Assembly (NCBI GenBank): GCA_938074435.1
Contig: CALJEH010000090.1
Location: forward strand, 1-52,439
DNA: 52,439 nucleotides
Source of the DNA: an uncultured Alphaproteobacteria bacterium
GTDB taxonomy: Bacteria > Pseudomonadota > Alphaproteobacteria > Rhizobiales > TMED25
Direction: 5' to 3'
The notes under the pieces were generated by a model, which saw nothing but the letters and a program-made list of their open reading frames with translations, was not told where the DNA came from and searched no databases. Numbering within the stretch: position 1 is the stretch's first letter; each line of letters begins with the position of its first letter. Positions 1-15,256 of this stretch are shown in pieces. Both the position numbers and the translations under genes were made by a program.

Positions 1-579
1 GGATCTGATGTAATTGAGAAGATTGGTCTTAGTAAGAATGAGTCAATGTGGTCATTAAATATTACTGAAGTTGTAAATCGGATTAATGAGTTACCCAGGG
101 TAAAGAAATCAGATATTAAGAAAATTTATCCCTCGACACTAGAAATAAATATTTATGAACATAATCCTATCGCAATATGGTTTTTTGATGGGAAAAAATA
201 TCTCGTCGATGACAAGTCAAATATAATAGAAAAATTAAACCCAGCTGATTTTAATAATCTAAAAGTTATTGCTGGTCACAACGCGCTTAGTGAAATCCCC
301 AATATTATAGATATTCTTCAAAAGTTTCCGTATTTCCAAAAGAAAGTAAAATCAATTTTGAGGGTTGGTGATAGAAGATGGACTGTGAGACTGTACAATG
401 GAATTACAATACATTTGCCTGAGAATAAAATTGCTGATTCAATTAGAGATCTTGAGTACTTAGACAATGAGAAATTATTGTTGAGTCGTTACATAGATGT
501 AATTGATATGAGATTACCAGATCGCATTGACATATTACCGAGTCAAATAGGTATTAGAGATAACATTAATACAATATGA
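1..579 (+). CDS. ftsQ: Cell division protein FtsQ, C-terminal part (5' end lies upstream of the window)
   Basis: Frame 1 is open from base 1 (GSDVIEKIGLSKNES precedes the tracked Met at 46). POTRA/FtsQ-like sequence (INIYEHNPIAIWFFDGKKYLVDD). Sits directly upstream of ftsA-ftsZ. Confidence 0.8.
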   Translation, partial: GSDVIEKIGLSKNESMWSLNITEVVNRINELPRVKKSDIKKIYPSTLEINIYEHNPIAIWFFDGKKYLVDDKSNIIEKLNPADFNNLKVIAGHNALSEIPNIIDILQKFPYFQKKVKSILRVGDRRWTVRLYNGITIHLPENKIADSIRDLEYLDNEKLLLSRYIDVIDMRLPDRIDILPSQIGIRDNINTI

Positions 580-588
580 ATATTTAGA

Positions 589-1893
589 ATGCAGTTGATG
601 ACGTTTGATAGAATGTCAGGGAAATTCCCTGTCACAAAGAAACATAAACCAATTAATGCAATTTTAGATATTGGTTCTGATAAAATTGTATGTTTGATTT
701 CTAGGAATACTCTTACGCCAGATAATTTTTTGAATCATGAAATATTAGGATTTGGTCACCATAGATCACAAGGTTTCCAAAATGGAATGGTCACTGATCC
801 AATATTATTAGAACTGGCAATTAGATCAGCAATCGAGGATGCCGAAAAGATAGCATCAGTAACCGTTGATGAAATCGATGTTAATATTACATCACACCAA
901 GTTGAGTCAAATTTGTATGAAATTTCTGTTCCAATAAAGGAGGTGCAGGTAAGTAAGAAAGATTTATCGACAGCATATAATATTATTCAAGAACAGAATA
1001 ACGACAGGAATTTGTATATATTTGATACCATTCCGCTTAGTTTTTCAATAGATGGACAAGATTTTATTGAAGATCCGATTGGTATGTACGGAGATTTGTT
1101 AAAGATCAACTTTAATCAATTAGTTTGTAATAGATCGATAATACAAAATCTAAATAATATTGTTGAAAATGCACATTTGAAAATTGAAAGAATCCATTTT
1201 ACACCGATTGCAAGCGCTATTGCTACCTTATCAAGTGATGAGGCAGATATAGGTTCCATATTGATTGACATAGGCTCAGGAACAACATCCTATTCTATAT
1301 TTTCTGATAATGCTCTTTTATCTGCAGGAGTAATTCCAATTGGAGGCAATAACCTTACAAAAGAAATTGCTAGAACATTATGCACATCAGAGAAAGAAGC
1401 TGAAAAATTAAAAATATTATATGGTGGAGTACTTATGAACTCATATGATAACGGTGACACAATTGCAGTTAAACAGATTGGTTATTCTGAACATGAGAAT
1501 GCGTATAAGGAAATTTCAAAGGTAACAATCGCTGATATATCAAGATTTTACATGGTAGATGTATTTGAAAAGGTAAAAGAGAAAATTGAGAAAATTAATC
1601 CACATCTTACAAAACAAACAAGAATTGTTTTGACTGGGGGGGCTAGTCAATTGATTGGGATTGACGACCTTGCCGAAAAGATATTCAAATCACCTGCAAG
1701 AAGAGCTCTTCCGAATTTGAAATCAAATACATTTGACCTTGCAAGCCCAATTTTTTCCTGTGCCATTGGAATGTTAGTTTATTCACAGAATGAGACTTTT
1801 GTTAACAAAAAAATAACCACTAGAGCATTATCCTACAATCACACCAATAGTTATTTTTTAAAACTGATTGGGTGGTTTAAAGATAGTTTTTAA
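589..1893 (+). CDS. ftsA: Cell division protein FtsA (actin-like ATPase)
   Basis: Motifs ILDIGSDKIVCLI, LIDIGSGTTSYSIF and VLTGGASQLIGI; ftsQ-ftsA-ftsZ synteny. Start is uncertain (ATGs at 589, 598, 613). Confidence 0.85.
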   Translation: MQLMTFDRMSGKFPVTKKHKPINAILDIGSDKIVCLISRNTLTPDNFLNHEILGFGHHRSQGFQNGMVTDPILLELAIRSAIEDAEKIASVTVDEIDVNITSHQVESNLYEISVPIKEVQVSKKDLSTAYNIIQEQNNDRNLYIFDTIPLSFSIDGQDFIEDPIGMYGDLLKINFNQLVCNRSIIQNLNNIVENAHLKIERIHFTPIASAIATLSSDEADIGSILIDIGSGTTSYSIFSDNALLSAGVIPIGGNNLTKEIARTLCTSEKEAEKLKILYGGVLMNSYDNGDTIAVKQIGYSEHENAYKEISKVTIADISRFYMVDVFEKVKEKIEKINPHLTKQTRIVLTGGASQLIGIDDLAEKIFKSPARRALPNLKSNTFDLASPIFSCAIGMLVYSQNETFVNKKITTRALSYNHTNSYFLKLIGWFKDSF

Positions 1894-1944
1894 GTAAAAA
1901 TATAAAGAAATGACAATATTAATGTTAAACACAGGAAGATCATC

Positions 1945-3732
1945 ATGACAATAAATTTAAAGATTCCAGATGCAATGAGTGAATTAAAACCTAGAATTAC
2001 TGTTTTCGGTGTGGGTGGTGCTGGCGGTAATGCAGTAAATAATATGATTCAAGAAGGTTTAGATGGTGTTGAATTTGTTGTTGCTAATACAGATGCGCAG
2101 GCCCTAGCAATGTCTAGTGCTGAAAGAAGAATACAAATGGGTACAAGTCTTACAGAAGGGCTTGGAGCTGGATCCCAACCAAAAATTGGTGCAGGAGCTG
2201 CACAAGAAGCGCAAGCGGAGATTCTAGATTACTCAGCGGGATCACATATGGTATTTATTACTGCAGGTATGGGAGGAGGAACAGGAACAGGGGCTGCTCC
2301 TGTGATAGCTCAATTGTGCAAAGAACAGGGAATATTAACAGTTGCTGTTGTAACAAAACCATTTCAATTTGAAGGTGTCAGAAGAATGCAAATAGCAGAT
2401 GAGGGTATCGAAGAGTTAAGCAAGTACGTAGATACACTCATTGTTATCCCTAATCAAAATTTATTTAGGATTGCAAATGAAAAAACTACGTTTTCGGATG
2501 CTTTTGCAATGGCGGATCAAGTTCTACTATCTGGAGTTTCAGGCATAACTGATCTTATGGTGAAAGAAGGATTGATTAACCTTGACTTTGCTGATGTAAA
2601 ATCAATTATGCAAGGAATGGGTAAAGCTATGATGGGAACTGGAGAGGCTAGCGGTGAAAAACGAGCAGTTGAAGCTGCAGAAGCAGCAATATCTAACCCA
2701 TTATTAGATGATGTGTCTATGAAAGGAGCTCAAGGTCTTCTCATATCAATTACAGGCGGTGAAGATCTAACTTTATTTGAAGTTGATGAAGTGGCAACGA
2801 GGATCAGAAATGAAGTTGATAATAATGCGAATATAATTCTCGGTGCAACTTTTGACTCAAATCTTGAGGGATCGGTTAAAGTATCAGTTGTTGCAACGGG
2901 AATTCAAAGTAATGTCAAAAATATTGACTCAACTAGTTTTACCTATAACAGAAATTATTCAATACCTAGAATAAATCAGAATCAAAATAATTTACATGAA
3001 CCCTCAAAGGTAGAAGAATCAGGGGCATCAGAGCAAATGTATAGTTCACTGGATGATAATAAAGAAGAGGTAAAAAAAGATTCTGAAGTATTAATTAAAA
3101 AAATTGATTCAAACCACAGTTTTTTCAAAGTTAATAGGAATGAAAAATCAAATCAGAAAGAAACGCAGAAAAAAAATTATGGTGACTTTGATCTTGCAAG
3201 TAATTTACAAAACACGGATGAAAATGATGTGCCAAGGGTCAATGAGTTCTTTTCAATAAAAGAAGATAATATTTCTTTTGCTATGAATGAGAGTTTGTTA
3301 GATAAAGATTCAAAAAAAACCAAAAATAGTTTTTTTAGTAAAATTGTGAGCGTTGGTTTTAAGAGAAAAGAGTTGGATGATTATACTGTTAATACAAGTG
3401 AACAATATCCAGAGGTGTCATTGAGCGCTGATTCAATATTTTCATTGGAGGATAAAGATTCAGATATAAATGAGACTCTAGTTAATAATCTATCGAATGA
3501 GAAATTTTCAACCGATGTAGATGACAAATTTGAGAATTTACAATCTGATATTGAAAATGGACTTAATCAAGATCAAATATCTAGCTCATCTGAGAAGGGT
3601 GAACATCAAAAGCAACTCCAAGATGATCTTTTAACTGTAAATACTGATGACAAGCTTGAGTTACAAACAATAGAAGATGAGATTGAGAATGATATTGAAA
3701 TTCCATCATTCTTGAAAAGACAAGCAAACTAA
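1945..3732 (+). CDS. ftsZ: Cell division GTPase FtsZ with a very long disordered C-terminal linker
   Basis: Tubulin signature [20 protein letters not shown], core ending near residue 320, C-terminal peptide [13 protein letters not shown]. Confidence 0.95.
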   Translation: MTINLKIPDAMSELKPRITVFGVGGAGGNAVNNMIQEGLDGVEFVVANTDAQALAMSSAERRIQMGTSLTEGLGAGSQPKIGAGAAQEAQAEILDYSAGSHMVFITAGMGGGTGTGAAPVIAQLCKEQGILTVAVVTKPFQFEGVRRMQIADEGIEELSKYVDTLIVIPNQNLFRIANEKTTFSDAFAMADQVLLSGVSGITDLMVKEGLINLDFADVKSIMQGMGKAMMGTGEASGEKRAVEAAEAAISNPLLDDVSMKGAQGLLISITGGEDLTLFEVDEVATRIRNEVDNNANIILGATFDSNLEGSVKVSVVATGIQSNVKNIDSTSFTYNRNYSIPRINQNQNNLHEPSKVEESGASEQMYSSLDDNKEEVKKDSEVLIKKIDSNHSFFKVNRNEKSNQKETQKKNYGDFDLASNLQNTDENDVPRVNEFFSIKEDNISFAMNESLLDKDSKKTKNSFFSKIVSVGFKRKELDDYTVNTSEQYPEVSLSADSIFSLEDKDSDINETLVNNLSNEKFSTDVDDKFENLQSDIENGLNQDQISSSSEKGEHQKQLQDDLLTVNTDDKLELQTIEDEIENDIEIPSFLKRQAN

Positions 3733-3801
3733 ATATTTTTTCTGTATTGTGCAGAATATATTTGTTATAAAGCTAGCATATTCTATATAAGTCGCTTTAA
3801 T

Positions 3802-4665
3802 ATGCAAAGAACAATCTCAAATGAAATAAGCTTTTCTGGAAAAGGCGTACATACTAACAAAGTTAGCAATTTGACGTTGACACCAGCAAAAGAAGATACT
3901 GGGATAATATTTAGGAGATTAGATGCCTCAGAGGATAAATCTATAATAAATGCATCATATCAAAATGTTATTTCAACACATTATTGTACAGAATTATCAA
4001 ATTCATTCGGCACTTCAATTTTGACTGTTGAGCATCTGCTTGCTGCCTTGAATGGAGCTGGAATTGATAACCTTAAAATAAATATTGATGGACCAGAGGT
4101 TCCAATCCTAGATGGAAGTAGTAGAATTTTCCTTGATGCAATAAATAGTCAAAAAGAAATTCTAAATAAACCAAAAAAAATAATTAGAATTAAAGAAAAA
4201 ATAGAAATTACTGAAAACCATTCATACGCGAGTTTTGAACCAGCAGATACATTGGAAATCAATGCTGAAATAAATTTTGATCATCTTCTCATTGGCAAGC
4301 AGAAAATGGAGCTTTTAATTAATGAAGAAACATTTTATGACGAATTATCAGAGGCTAGAACATTTGGGTTTTTGAAACATGCTGAGAAATTGCATTCAAG
4401 AGGTTATGGATTAGGTGTGAATTTATCAAATGCAATTGTTTTAACTGAAAAAACAATTATGAATATTAACGGTTTAAAATATGACAATGAGTTCATAAGG
4501 CATAAAATTTTAGATATATGCGGTGATCTGAAATTAGCAGGATATGGTATTATTGGTAAATATACGTCAGTATGTGGGGGGCATAACCTAAATTATTTCG
4601 CTTTGAAAAATTTGTTTGAAAATCCAAATGCTTGGGTATTAGAGGAATTAGATGATCAAAAATAA
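3802..4665 (+). CDS. lpxC: UDP-3-O-acyl-N-acetylglucosamine deacetylase
   Basis: LpxC-type motifs TVEHLLAALNGAGIDN, EVPILDGSS, RHKILDICGDL; conserved position after ftsZ. Confidence 0.9.
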   Translation: MQRTISNEISFSGKGVHTNKVSNLTLTPAKEDTGIIFRRLDASEDKSIINASYQNVISTHYCTELSNSFGTSILTVEHLLAALNGAGIDNLKINIDGPEVPILDGSSRIFLDAINSQKEILNKPKKIIRIKEKIEITENHSYASFEPADTLEINAEINFDHLLIGKQKMELLINEETFYDELSEARTFGFLKHAEKLHSRGYGLGVNLSNAIVLTEKTIMNINGLKYDNEFIRHKILDICGDLKLAGYGIIGKYTSVCGGHNLNYFALKNLFENPNAWVLEELDDQK

Positions 4666-4680
4666 TATAGCTCAAAACCT

Positions 4681-4701
4681 AACAATCTACAGAAGATTGT
4701 T
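4681..4701 (+). terminator. Possible weak lpxC terminator hairpin (AACAATCT-acaga-AGATTGTT)
   Basis: An 8-bp perfect inverted repeat with a 5-nt loop, 16 nt after the lpxC stop. It is AT-rich and has no clear U-run. Confidence 0.3.
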
Positions 4702-4755
4702 AATCATTAAATTTACAGTGTATATTATAATATAATACGTTGTATTATATACAGT

Positions 4756-5550
4756 ATGAAAAACTTATTTTTTCTTTTCTTTCTTCTTATACTTATTGCT
4801 TCTTGTACAAGTAGCCCTGATGTTGAACCATACTCACAAGAAAAATTAGATAAAATTTATAATGATGCCGTTTCATATCTTGATAAAAAACAATATGAAG
4901 AGGCTGCTGATAAATTTTTAAGTGTAGAGCGAGAATATCCTTACTCAAATTGGTCTGAGAAAGCTCTTTTAATGGCATCATATTCATTATTTGAAGCAAA
5001 AAAATTTGATGATACAGTTAATCAGCTTACAAGATATATGCAGCTTTACCCAAATAGTAAGGATCTTGCTTATGCGAACTATTTAATTGGATTATCCTAT
5101 TACCTTCAAGTTGCTAATATCGGTAGAGATCAAATAAACGCCAAATTAGCCTTGCAAAGTTTTAACACAATAATTGATAGATTTCCAGAATCAGAATACG
5201 CCAAAGACTCAAGAATCAAAAGAGACTTAGCCGTTGACCATATTGCTGGATCAGAGATGGAAATTGGAAGGTATTATCAAAAAAGAAAACAACATTCGGC
5301 AGCAATTAATAGATTTAAGGTCATAATTTCTGAATATCAAACAACATCACATATTGAAGAGGCGCTTGCTAGATACTCCGAGTCATATATTTCACTTGGT
5401 ATTTTCACCGAAGCTCAATCGTCAGCAGCTATTTTAGGCTATAACTATCCAAACAGTAGATGGTATGAATATATTTATAACCAGCTTGAATATGCTGGTC
5501 TTAGACCAAAAGAAGAGAGAAGTAGCTGGATTAAGGAAGTTTGGAAATAA
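4756..5550 (+). CDS. bamD: Outer membrane protein assembly factor BamD (YfiO) lipoprotein
   Basis: Signal peptide with lipobox LIASC; TPR-like repeats (YPYSNWSEKALL, YPNSKDLAYANYLIGLSYY, YPNSRW). Confidence 0.8.
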   Translation: MKNLFFLFFLLILIASCTSSPDVEPYSQEKLDKIYNDAVSYLDKKQYEEAADKFLSVEREYPYSNWSEKALLMASYSLFEAKKFDDTVNQLTRYMQLYPNSKDLAYANYLIGLSYYLQVANIGRDQINAKLALQSFNTIIDRFPESEYAKDSRIKRDLAVDHIAGSEMEIGRYYQKRKQHSAAINRFKVIISEYQTTSHIEEALARYSESYISLGIFTEAQSSAAILGYNYPNSRWYEYIYNQLEYAGLRPKEERSSWIKEVWK

Positions 5551-5572
5551 ATAGCAAGGTCAAAATACTTCT

Positions 5573-11170
<5,598 letters not shown>

Positions 11171-11345
11171 GATTTTTTCAATATTATTTCATATATTTTT
11201 AATGCAATCATTTTATATATATGTATGCATAAAATGCATATCTATTATAAATTTTTTGTACTACTCATATGCATTTAACTAACTATATATATTGATATAG
11301 CTAATTACAAAACTAAACTAAATAGAAAATATAGAAAGGAAAAAA

Positions 11346-11525
11346 ATGCAGTTTACAAATTACTCAATAAACCTTGCAAATGGTTTTTTTGGTATCAACT
11401 TTAATTCTAATAAGAAAAAGCAAGCTTATTTAAAAGCCGCACGTGAATTCGCTAAGGCAGAAGGTCTGCCTGTAGGTGATGTTCTCGTCTCCATCGGTAG
11501 AGCATCTTATTCAAAGTTAAAGTAA
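11346..11525 (+). CDS. Hypothetical small protein (59 aa, below the ORF-track cutoff)
   Basis: Read by hand: AGAAAGGAAAAAA then ATG, 59 codons, then TAA. Product MQFTNYSINLANGFFGINFNSNKKKQAYLKAAREFAKAEGLPVGDVLVSIGRASYSKLK. The open frame is notable in very AT-rich intergenic DNA. Confidence 0.45.
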   Translation: MQFTNYSINLANGFFGINFNSNKKKQAYLKAAREFAKAEGLPVGDVLVSIGRASYSKLK

Positions 11526-11572
11526 CACCCAATAATATAAATAATACGATCAATAAGGAAGATAATAAAACT

Positions 11573-11785
11573 ATGGAATATATCCTTAACAATTCAGTTA
11601 GTGCCGTTGAAACCATATTCACAACAATTAATAAAGCTTTAAAGGGTTTCTTTAAAAGTTGGGTTTTGGCAAGGCAATACCAAGCAAATTATTATGTTGC
11701 AGAGAAATTAGTAAATACAGAAGACTATAAGGGTTTATCTCTGCAAGACATTGTAGTTAAACTTAATAATAGAACTTCTAAGTAA
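11573..11785 (+). CDS. Hypothetical small protein (70 aa), faint DUF1127-like pattern
   Basis: Tracked ORF with AAGGAAG 11 nt upstream. The W-x2-AR...L-x-DI pattern (KSWVLARQYQ...LSLQDIVVKL) is only loosely reminiscent of DUF1127. Confidence 0.4.
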   Translation: MEYILNNSVSAVETIFTTINKALKGFFKSWVLARQYQANYYVAEKLVNTEDYKGLSLQDIVVKLNNRTSK

Positions 11786-11883
11786 TTATATGATTTATTT
11801 GGATTATTATACGTGATCATCTAAATAGAAATTAATTACATATACATATACATATAGCCTCTATATATATTTTGATAACCTAA

Positions 11884-12765
11884 TTACTTTCTATATTGGT
11901 TACTCTTGCAATACACTAATGTAAGAGTAACCCACTCTGCATACTGAATTTCTTTTATTTTCATAAAACCGATACTCAAAAAATACATAAGTATTGATCT
12001 TTTCTGGGAATAAGTTATGCCCGATAATATTAAGATACCGTCTTTATCTAATAATTTTTTTAAATCAAATCGTACTTTATTGATTACATTAGCCAAGATG
12101 TTAACAATTATAAGGTCATAACCATTACCTTGTAATTTTTTACAATCTCTCATAATATCTAATACTTTATATGTAACTGATGGATTAACATTATTTTTTT
12201 TGAAGTTAATTTTTGTAATTTCAATTGCGACGGGATCATTGTCAATTGCAATCCCACTGCAATACCACAATTTACTTGAAATAATTGATAATATCCCGCT
12301 TCCAGTTCCAATATCAAGAAAGTTATTAATCTTTCTGTTTTTCCTTAAGTCTGATAAGGCTTCAATACACCCATATGTTGTTTCATGATGACCTGTTCCG
12401 AAGGCCATGCTTGCATTAATACATAGATCTATATTTGAATATTTTGATCTTGAATAATTGTCATTATGTATAATGATATCTTTACTTATAATAGGTTTTA
12501 GGTTCTTTTGTGTCTCAAGTACCCAATTTTTTTTTGGAATGTTTTTTATGTTAAAGTTTGCAAATTTTCCAAACACACTCTGAATTATTTTTATAATATT
12601 AGTTTCATTTTTTTTATCAAAATGAAAACTTATGCATTGATCTTTCCCTGTATTTGCTTGTGAAATTGATAGGATACCTTTTTCAAATAAATAATCATCA
12701 TCTAATTCATCTATTGAAAGATCAGACTTGATTATTGCTTCAACATATTTAGTCATTTTTAACAA
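11884..12765 (-). CDS. prmA: Ribosomal protein L11 methyltransferase
   Basis: AFGTGHHETT and SAM-binding DIGTGSGILSI motifs; 293 aa. An alternative start lies at 12756. Confidence 0.85.
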   Translation of the reverse strand: MLKMTKYVEAIIKSDLSIDELDDDYLFEKGILSISQANTGKDQCISFHFDKKNETNIIKIIQSVFGKFANFNIKNIPKKNWVLETQKNLKPIISKDIIIHNDNYSRSKYSNIDLCINASMAFGTGHHETTYGCIEALSDLRKNRKINNFLDIGTGSGILSIISSKLWYCSGIAIDNDPVAIEITKINFKKNNVNPSVTYKVLDIMRDCKKLQGNGYDLIIVNILANVINKVRFDLKKLLDKDGILILSGITYSQKRSILMYFLSIGFMKIKEIQYAEWVTLTLVYCKSNQYRK

Positions 12766-14983
12766 CTTCTAAATACGAAGATAGAACAATTTTCTTACCA
12801 GCTTTATCGAAATCAACTTCAACCCGATCATTTTCATTATCAATTACAATTCCATAACCGAATTTAGTATGAAAAACACGCTGATTTTGCAATACGCTTA
12901 CATCAGTATAATCTGATATATCTTCGAAAGCTTCTATGTTGTTATTGAAATGTCCTGCAGCCTTTAATCTATCAATAGCTGACAACTTCTTCTTTTGATA
13001 ATCAAATGCTGATGTGTTCTGAATACCATTTCCATAGGTATTTATTGTAATTCCACTTAAGGTTGAGTCATCATCAATAAATTCTCTCGAAATTTCAGAA
13101 ATGAAACGAGAAGGAATTGATTGCATCCAATTACCATAAACCCTTCGGTTTTGCGAATGAATTAGGTATAGATATTTTTTTGCTCGTGTCATTCCTACGT
13201 GAGCAAGTCTTCGCTCTTCTTCGAGTCCACTATTACCTTTTTCATCTAATGATCTTTGATTTGGGAAAATGCCTTCTTCAAGACCGGGCATAAAAACACA
13301 ATCAAATTCAAGTCCTTTTGCAGAGTGTAGAGTCATCAAGCTAACTTTGCTAGAACTCTGATCATTTTCAACTTCAAGTACCAATGAGATATGCTCAATG
13401 AATTCATGCAATGAATTAAATTCGGCAATTTGTCCAACAAGTTCCTTAATATTTTCTATTCTCGTTAGACTTGTTGGCGTTTTATCTTTCTCCCACATTT
13501 CTATGTACCCTGAGTCTTCTAAAATTAGTTCAGTGAGAGTAACATGGTCTAACTCATTTAATTTTTGTTTCCAATTTTCAATCATCGCTATAAAGCTACT
13601 AAGTTGAGTCCTTTGTTGAGGTTTTAACTCGTCAGTTTGTATGAGCTTTTTTGAAACATCAAAAAGTGATAGTTTATATATCTTTGATGCGTCATTAAGC
13701 ATTCTGATGGTTGTTTCACCCAAGCCTCTTTTGGGAACATTCAGTATACGCTCAAATTTAAGATCATGATTTTGATTTAATAATAACTGCAAATAAGCAA
13801 TTACATCTCTTATTTCTTGTCTTTCATAGAATTTTGGACCACCAATTACTCTATATGGTATACTGTTTAGTATTAATCTATCTTCAATTTCTCTCATTTG
13901 AAAACTTGCTCTTACAAGGATTGATATCTGATCTAGATCAATTTTTGATATTAATTTTCTATCAATCTCATCTGATATAAACATTGCTTCATCCTCTGCG
14001 CTCCATACAGACACAAGTTTGACTTTGTCACCTACATCATCTGAGCTGGAAGATAATTCTTTCCCCAGCCTATCAATATTATTTGCAATTAGACTCCTTG
14101 CGGCGCCTAGTATATTCACAGTGGATCTATAGTTTTTTTCAAGCCGAATTATTTTTGATCCATCAAAATCTTTTTCAAAGTTTAATATATTATTCACATC
14201 AGCTCCTCTCCAACCATATATAGATTGGTCATCATCGCCGACACATGCAATATTTCTAGTTTTCTGGGATAAAATTCTGAGTAGTTGATACTGAACTGTA
14301 TTTGTATCCTGGTACTCATCAACTAGGATATACTTAAAAGTTGATTGAAACTTATCAAGTATTGCTTCATTTTTTATTAAAATTTGCAAAGGTAACAATA
14401 ATAAATCTCCAAAATCAGCGGAATTTAGTGTCTTTAACCTTTGTTGGTAATTCTTGTATACTTCTATGCTTTTTTCATGAATAAAATTTAGGTCTATTTC
14501 AGTTTTAACATTTTCTGGTGTTAGTCCCTTATTCTTGCATTGATCAATGAATGAAAGAAATAACCTCGGAGGAAATTGCTTTTCATCAATGTCTAGAAGT
14601 CTAATAACTTCTTTTATAACTTTTAGTTGGTCATCGGTATCTAAGATTGTAAAGTCACTTTTTAAATCGACCAGTTCTGCATGCATTCTTAGTAATTTTG
14701 TTCCAATAGAATGAAATGTACCAAGCCAATTCATTCCTTCAACCGCTTTACCAATGATATTTCCAATTCTGAGTTGCATCTCTTTTGCAGCTTTGTTTGT
14801 AAAAGTAACTGCTAAAATATTATTTGGAAACGCTAGTTTTTTATTAATAATGTGTGCAAGTCTTGAAGTTAAGACGCTTGTTTTACCTGTGCCGGCTCCT
14901 GCGAGTATTAATAGAGGACCTTCAGTATGGAGGACAGCAGCTTTCTGTTGTTCATTGAGATAGGATAGATAATCAGTGTTCAT
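12749..14983 (-). CDS. uvrD: UvrD/Rep/PcrA-family SF1 DNA helicase
   Basis: Helicase motifs AGAGTGKT, LAVTFTNKAA, VDEYQDTN, NYRS, TLHSAKGLEF, RRLAHVGMTRA. Confidence 0.9.
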   Translation of the reverse strand: MNTDYLSYLNEQQKAAVLHTEGPLLILAGAGTGKTSVLTSRLAHIINKKLAFPNNILAVTFTNKAAKEMQLRIGNIIGKAVEGMNWLGTFHSIGTKLLRMHAELVDLKSDFTILDTDDQLKVIKEVIRLLDIDEKQFPPRLFLSFIDQCKNKGLTPENVKTEIDLNFIHEKSIEVYKNYQQRLKTLNSADFGDLLLLPLQILIKNEAILDKFQSTFKYILVDEYQDTNTVQYQLLRILSQKTRNIACVGDDDQSIYGWRGADVNNILNFEKDFDGSKIIRLEKNYRSTVNILGAARSLIANNIDRLGKELSSSSDDVGDKVKLVSVWSAEDEAMFISDEIDRKLISKIDLDQISILVRASFQMREIEDRLILNSIPYRVIGGPKFYERQEIRDVIAYLQLLLNQNHDLKFERILNVPKRGLGETTIRMLNDASKIYKLSLFDVSKKLIQTDELKPQQRTQLSSFIAMIENWKQKLNELDHVTLTELILEDSGYIEMWEKDKTPTSLTRIENIKELVGQIAEFNSLHEFIEHISLVLEVENDQSSSKVSLMTLHSAKGLEFDCVFMPGLEEGIFPNQRSLDEKGNSGLEEERRLAHVGMTRAKKYLYLIHSQNRRVYGNWMQSIPSRFISEISREFIDDDSTLSGITINTYGNGIQNTSAFDYQKKKLSAIDRLKAAGHFNNNIEAFEDISDYTDVSVLQNQRVFHTKFGYGIVIDNENDRVEVDFDKAGKKIVLSSYLEVVKND

Positions 14984-15042
14984 AATAAATTATACCTACA
15001 CTATTGTTATGTAATTTGAGTTATGTAAATTGAATTAACCAA

Positions 15043-15252
15043 CTAATTTTTGTTTTTTGTGGAATAATCTAACACATATAATCTAATTGCAGATGCTAAA
15101 TTATCACTTTTCTTTTGGTTTTCAATTAACTCAAGCAATTTGGGGATAGATAAATTCATTTCAAAGGATATTTTTTGAACAAAAAGCCAGAATTCATCTT
15201 CTAGAGCAATACTTGTCCGATGTCCTGCTATACTTACTGACCGCTTTTTCAT
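15043..15252 (-). CDS. Ribbon-helix-helix (RHH_4-type) small protein
   Basis: SVSIAGHRTSIALEDEFW...LASAIRLYVL matches the remembered RHH_4 pattern. Lies 4 nt downstream of fumC. Confidence 0.65.
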   Translation of the reverse strand: MKKRSVSIAGHRTSIALEDEFWLFVQKISFEMNLSIPKLLELIENQKKSDNLASAIRLYVLDYSTKNKN

Positions 15253-15256
15253 TGAT

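Noticed and set aside
4713-4756. TATA-rich quasi-palindromes upstream of bamD
   Set aside because: They are imperfect, consist of A/T only, and are typical of low-complexity promoter DNA in this genome.
11225-11274. Three ATGCAT hexamers upstream of the small ORFs
   Set aside because: These are short palindromic hexamers in nearly pure A/T DNA. They cannot be distinguished from chance without genome-wide statistics.
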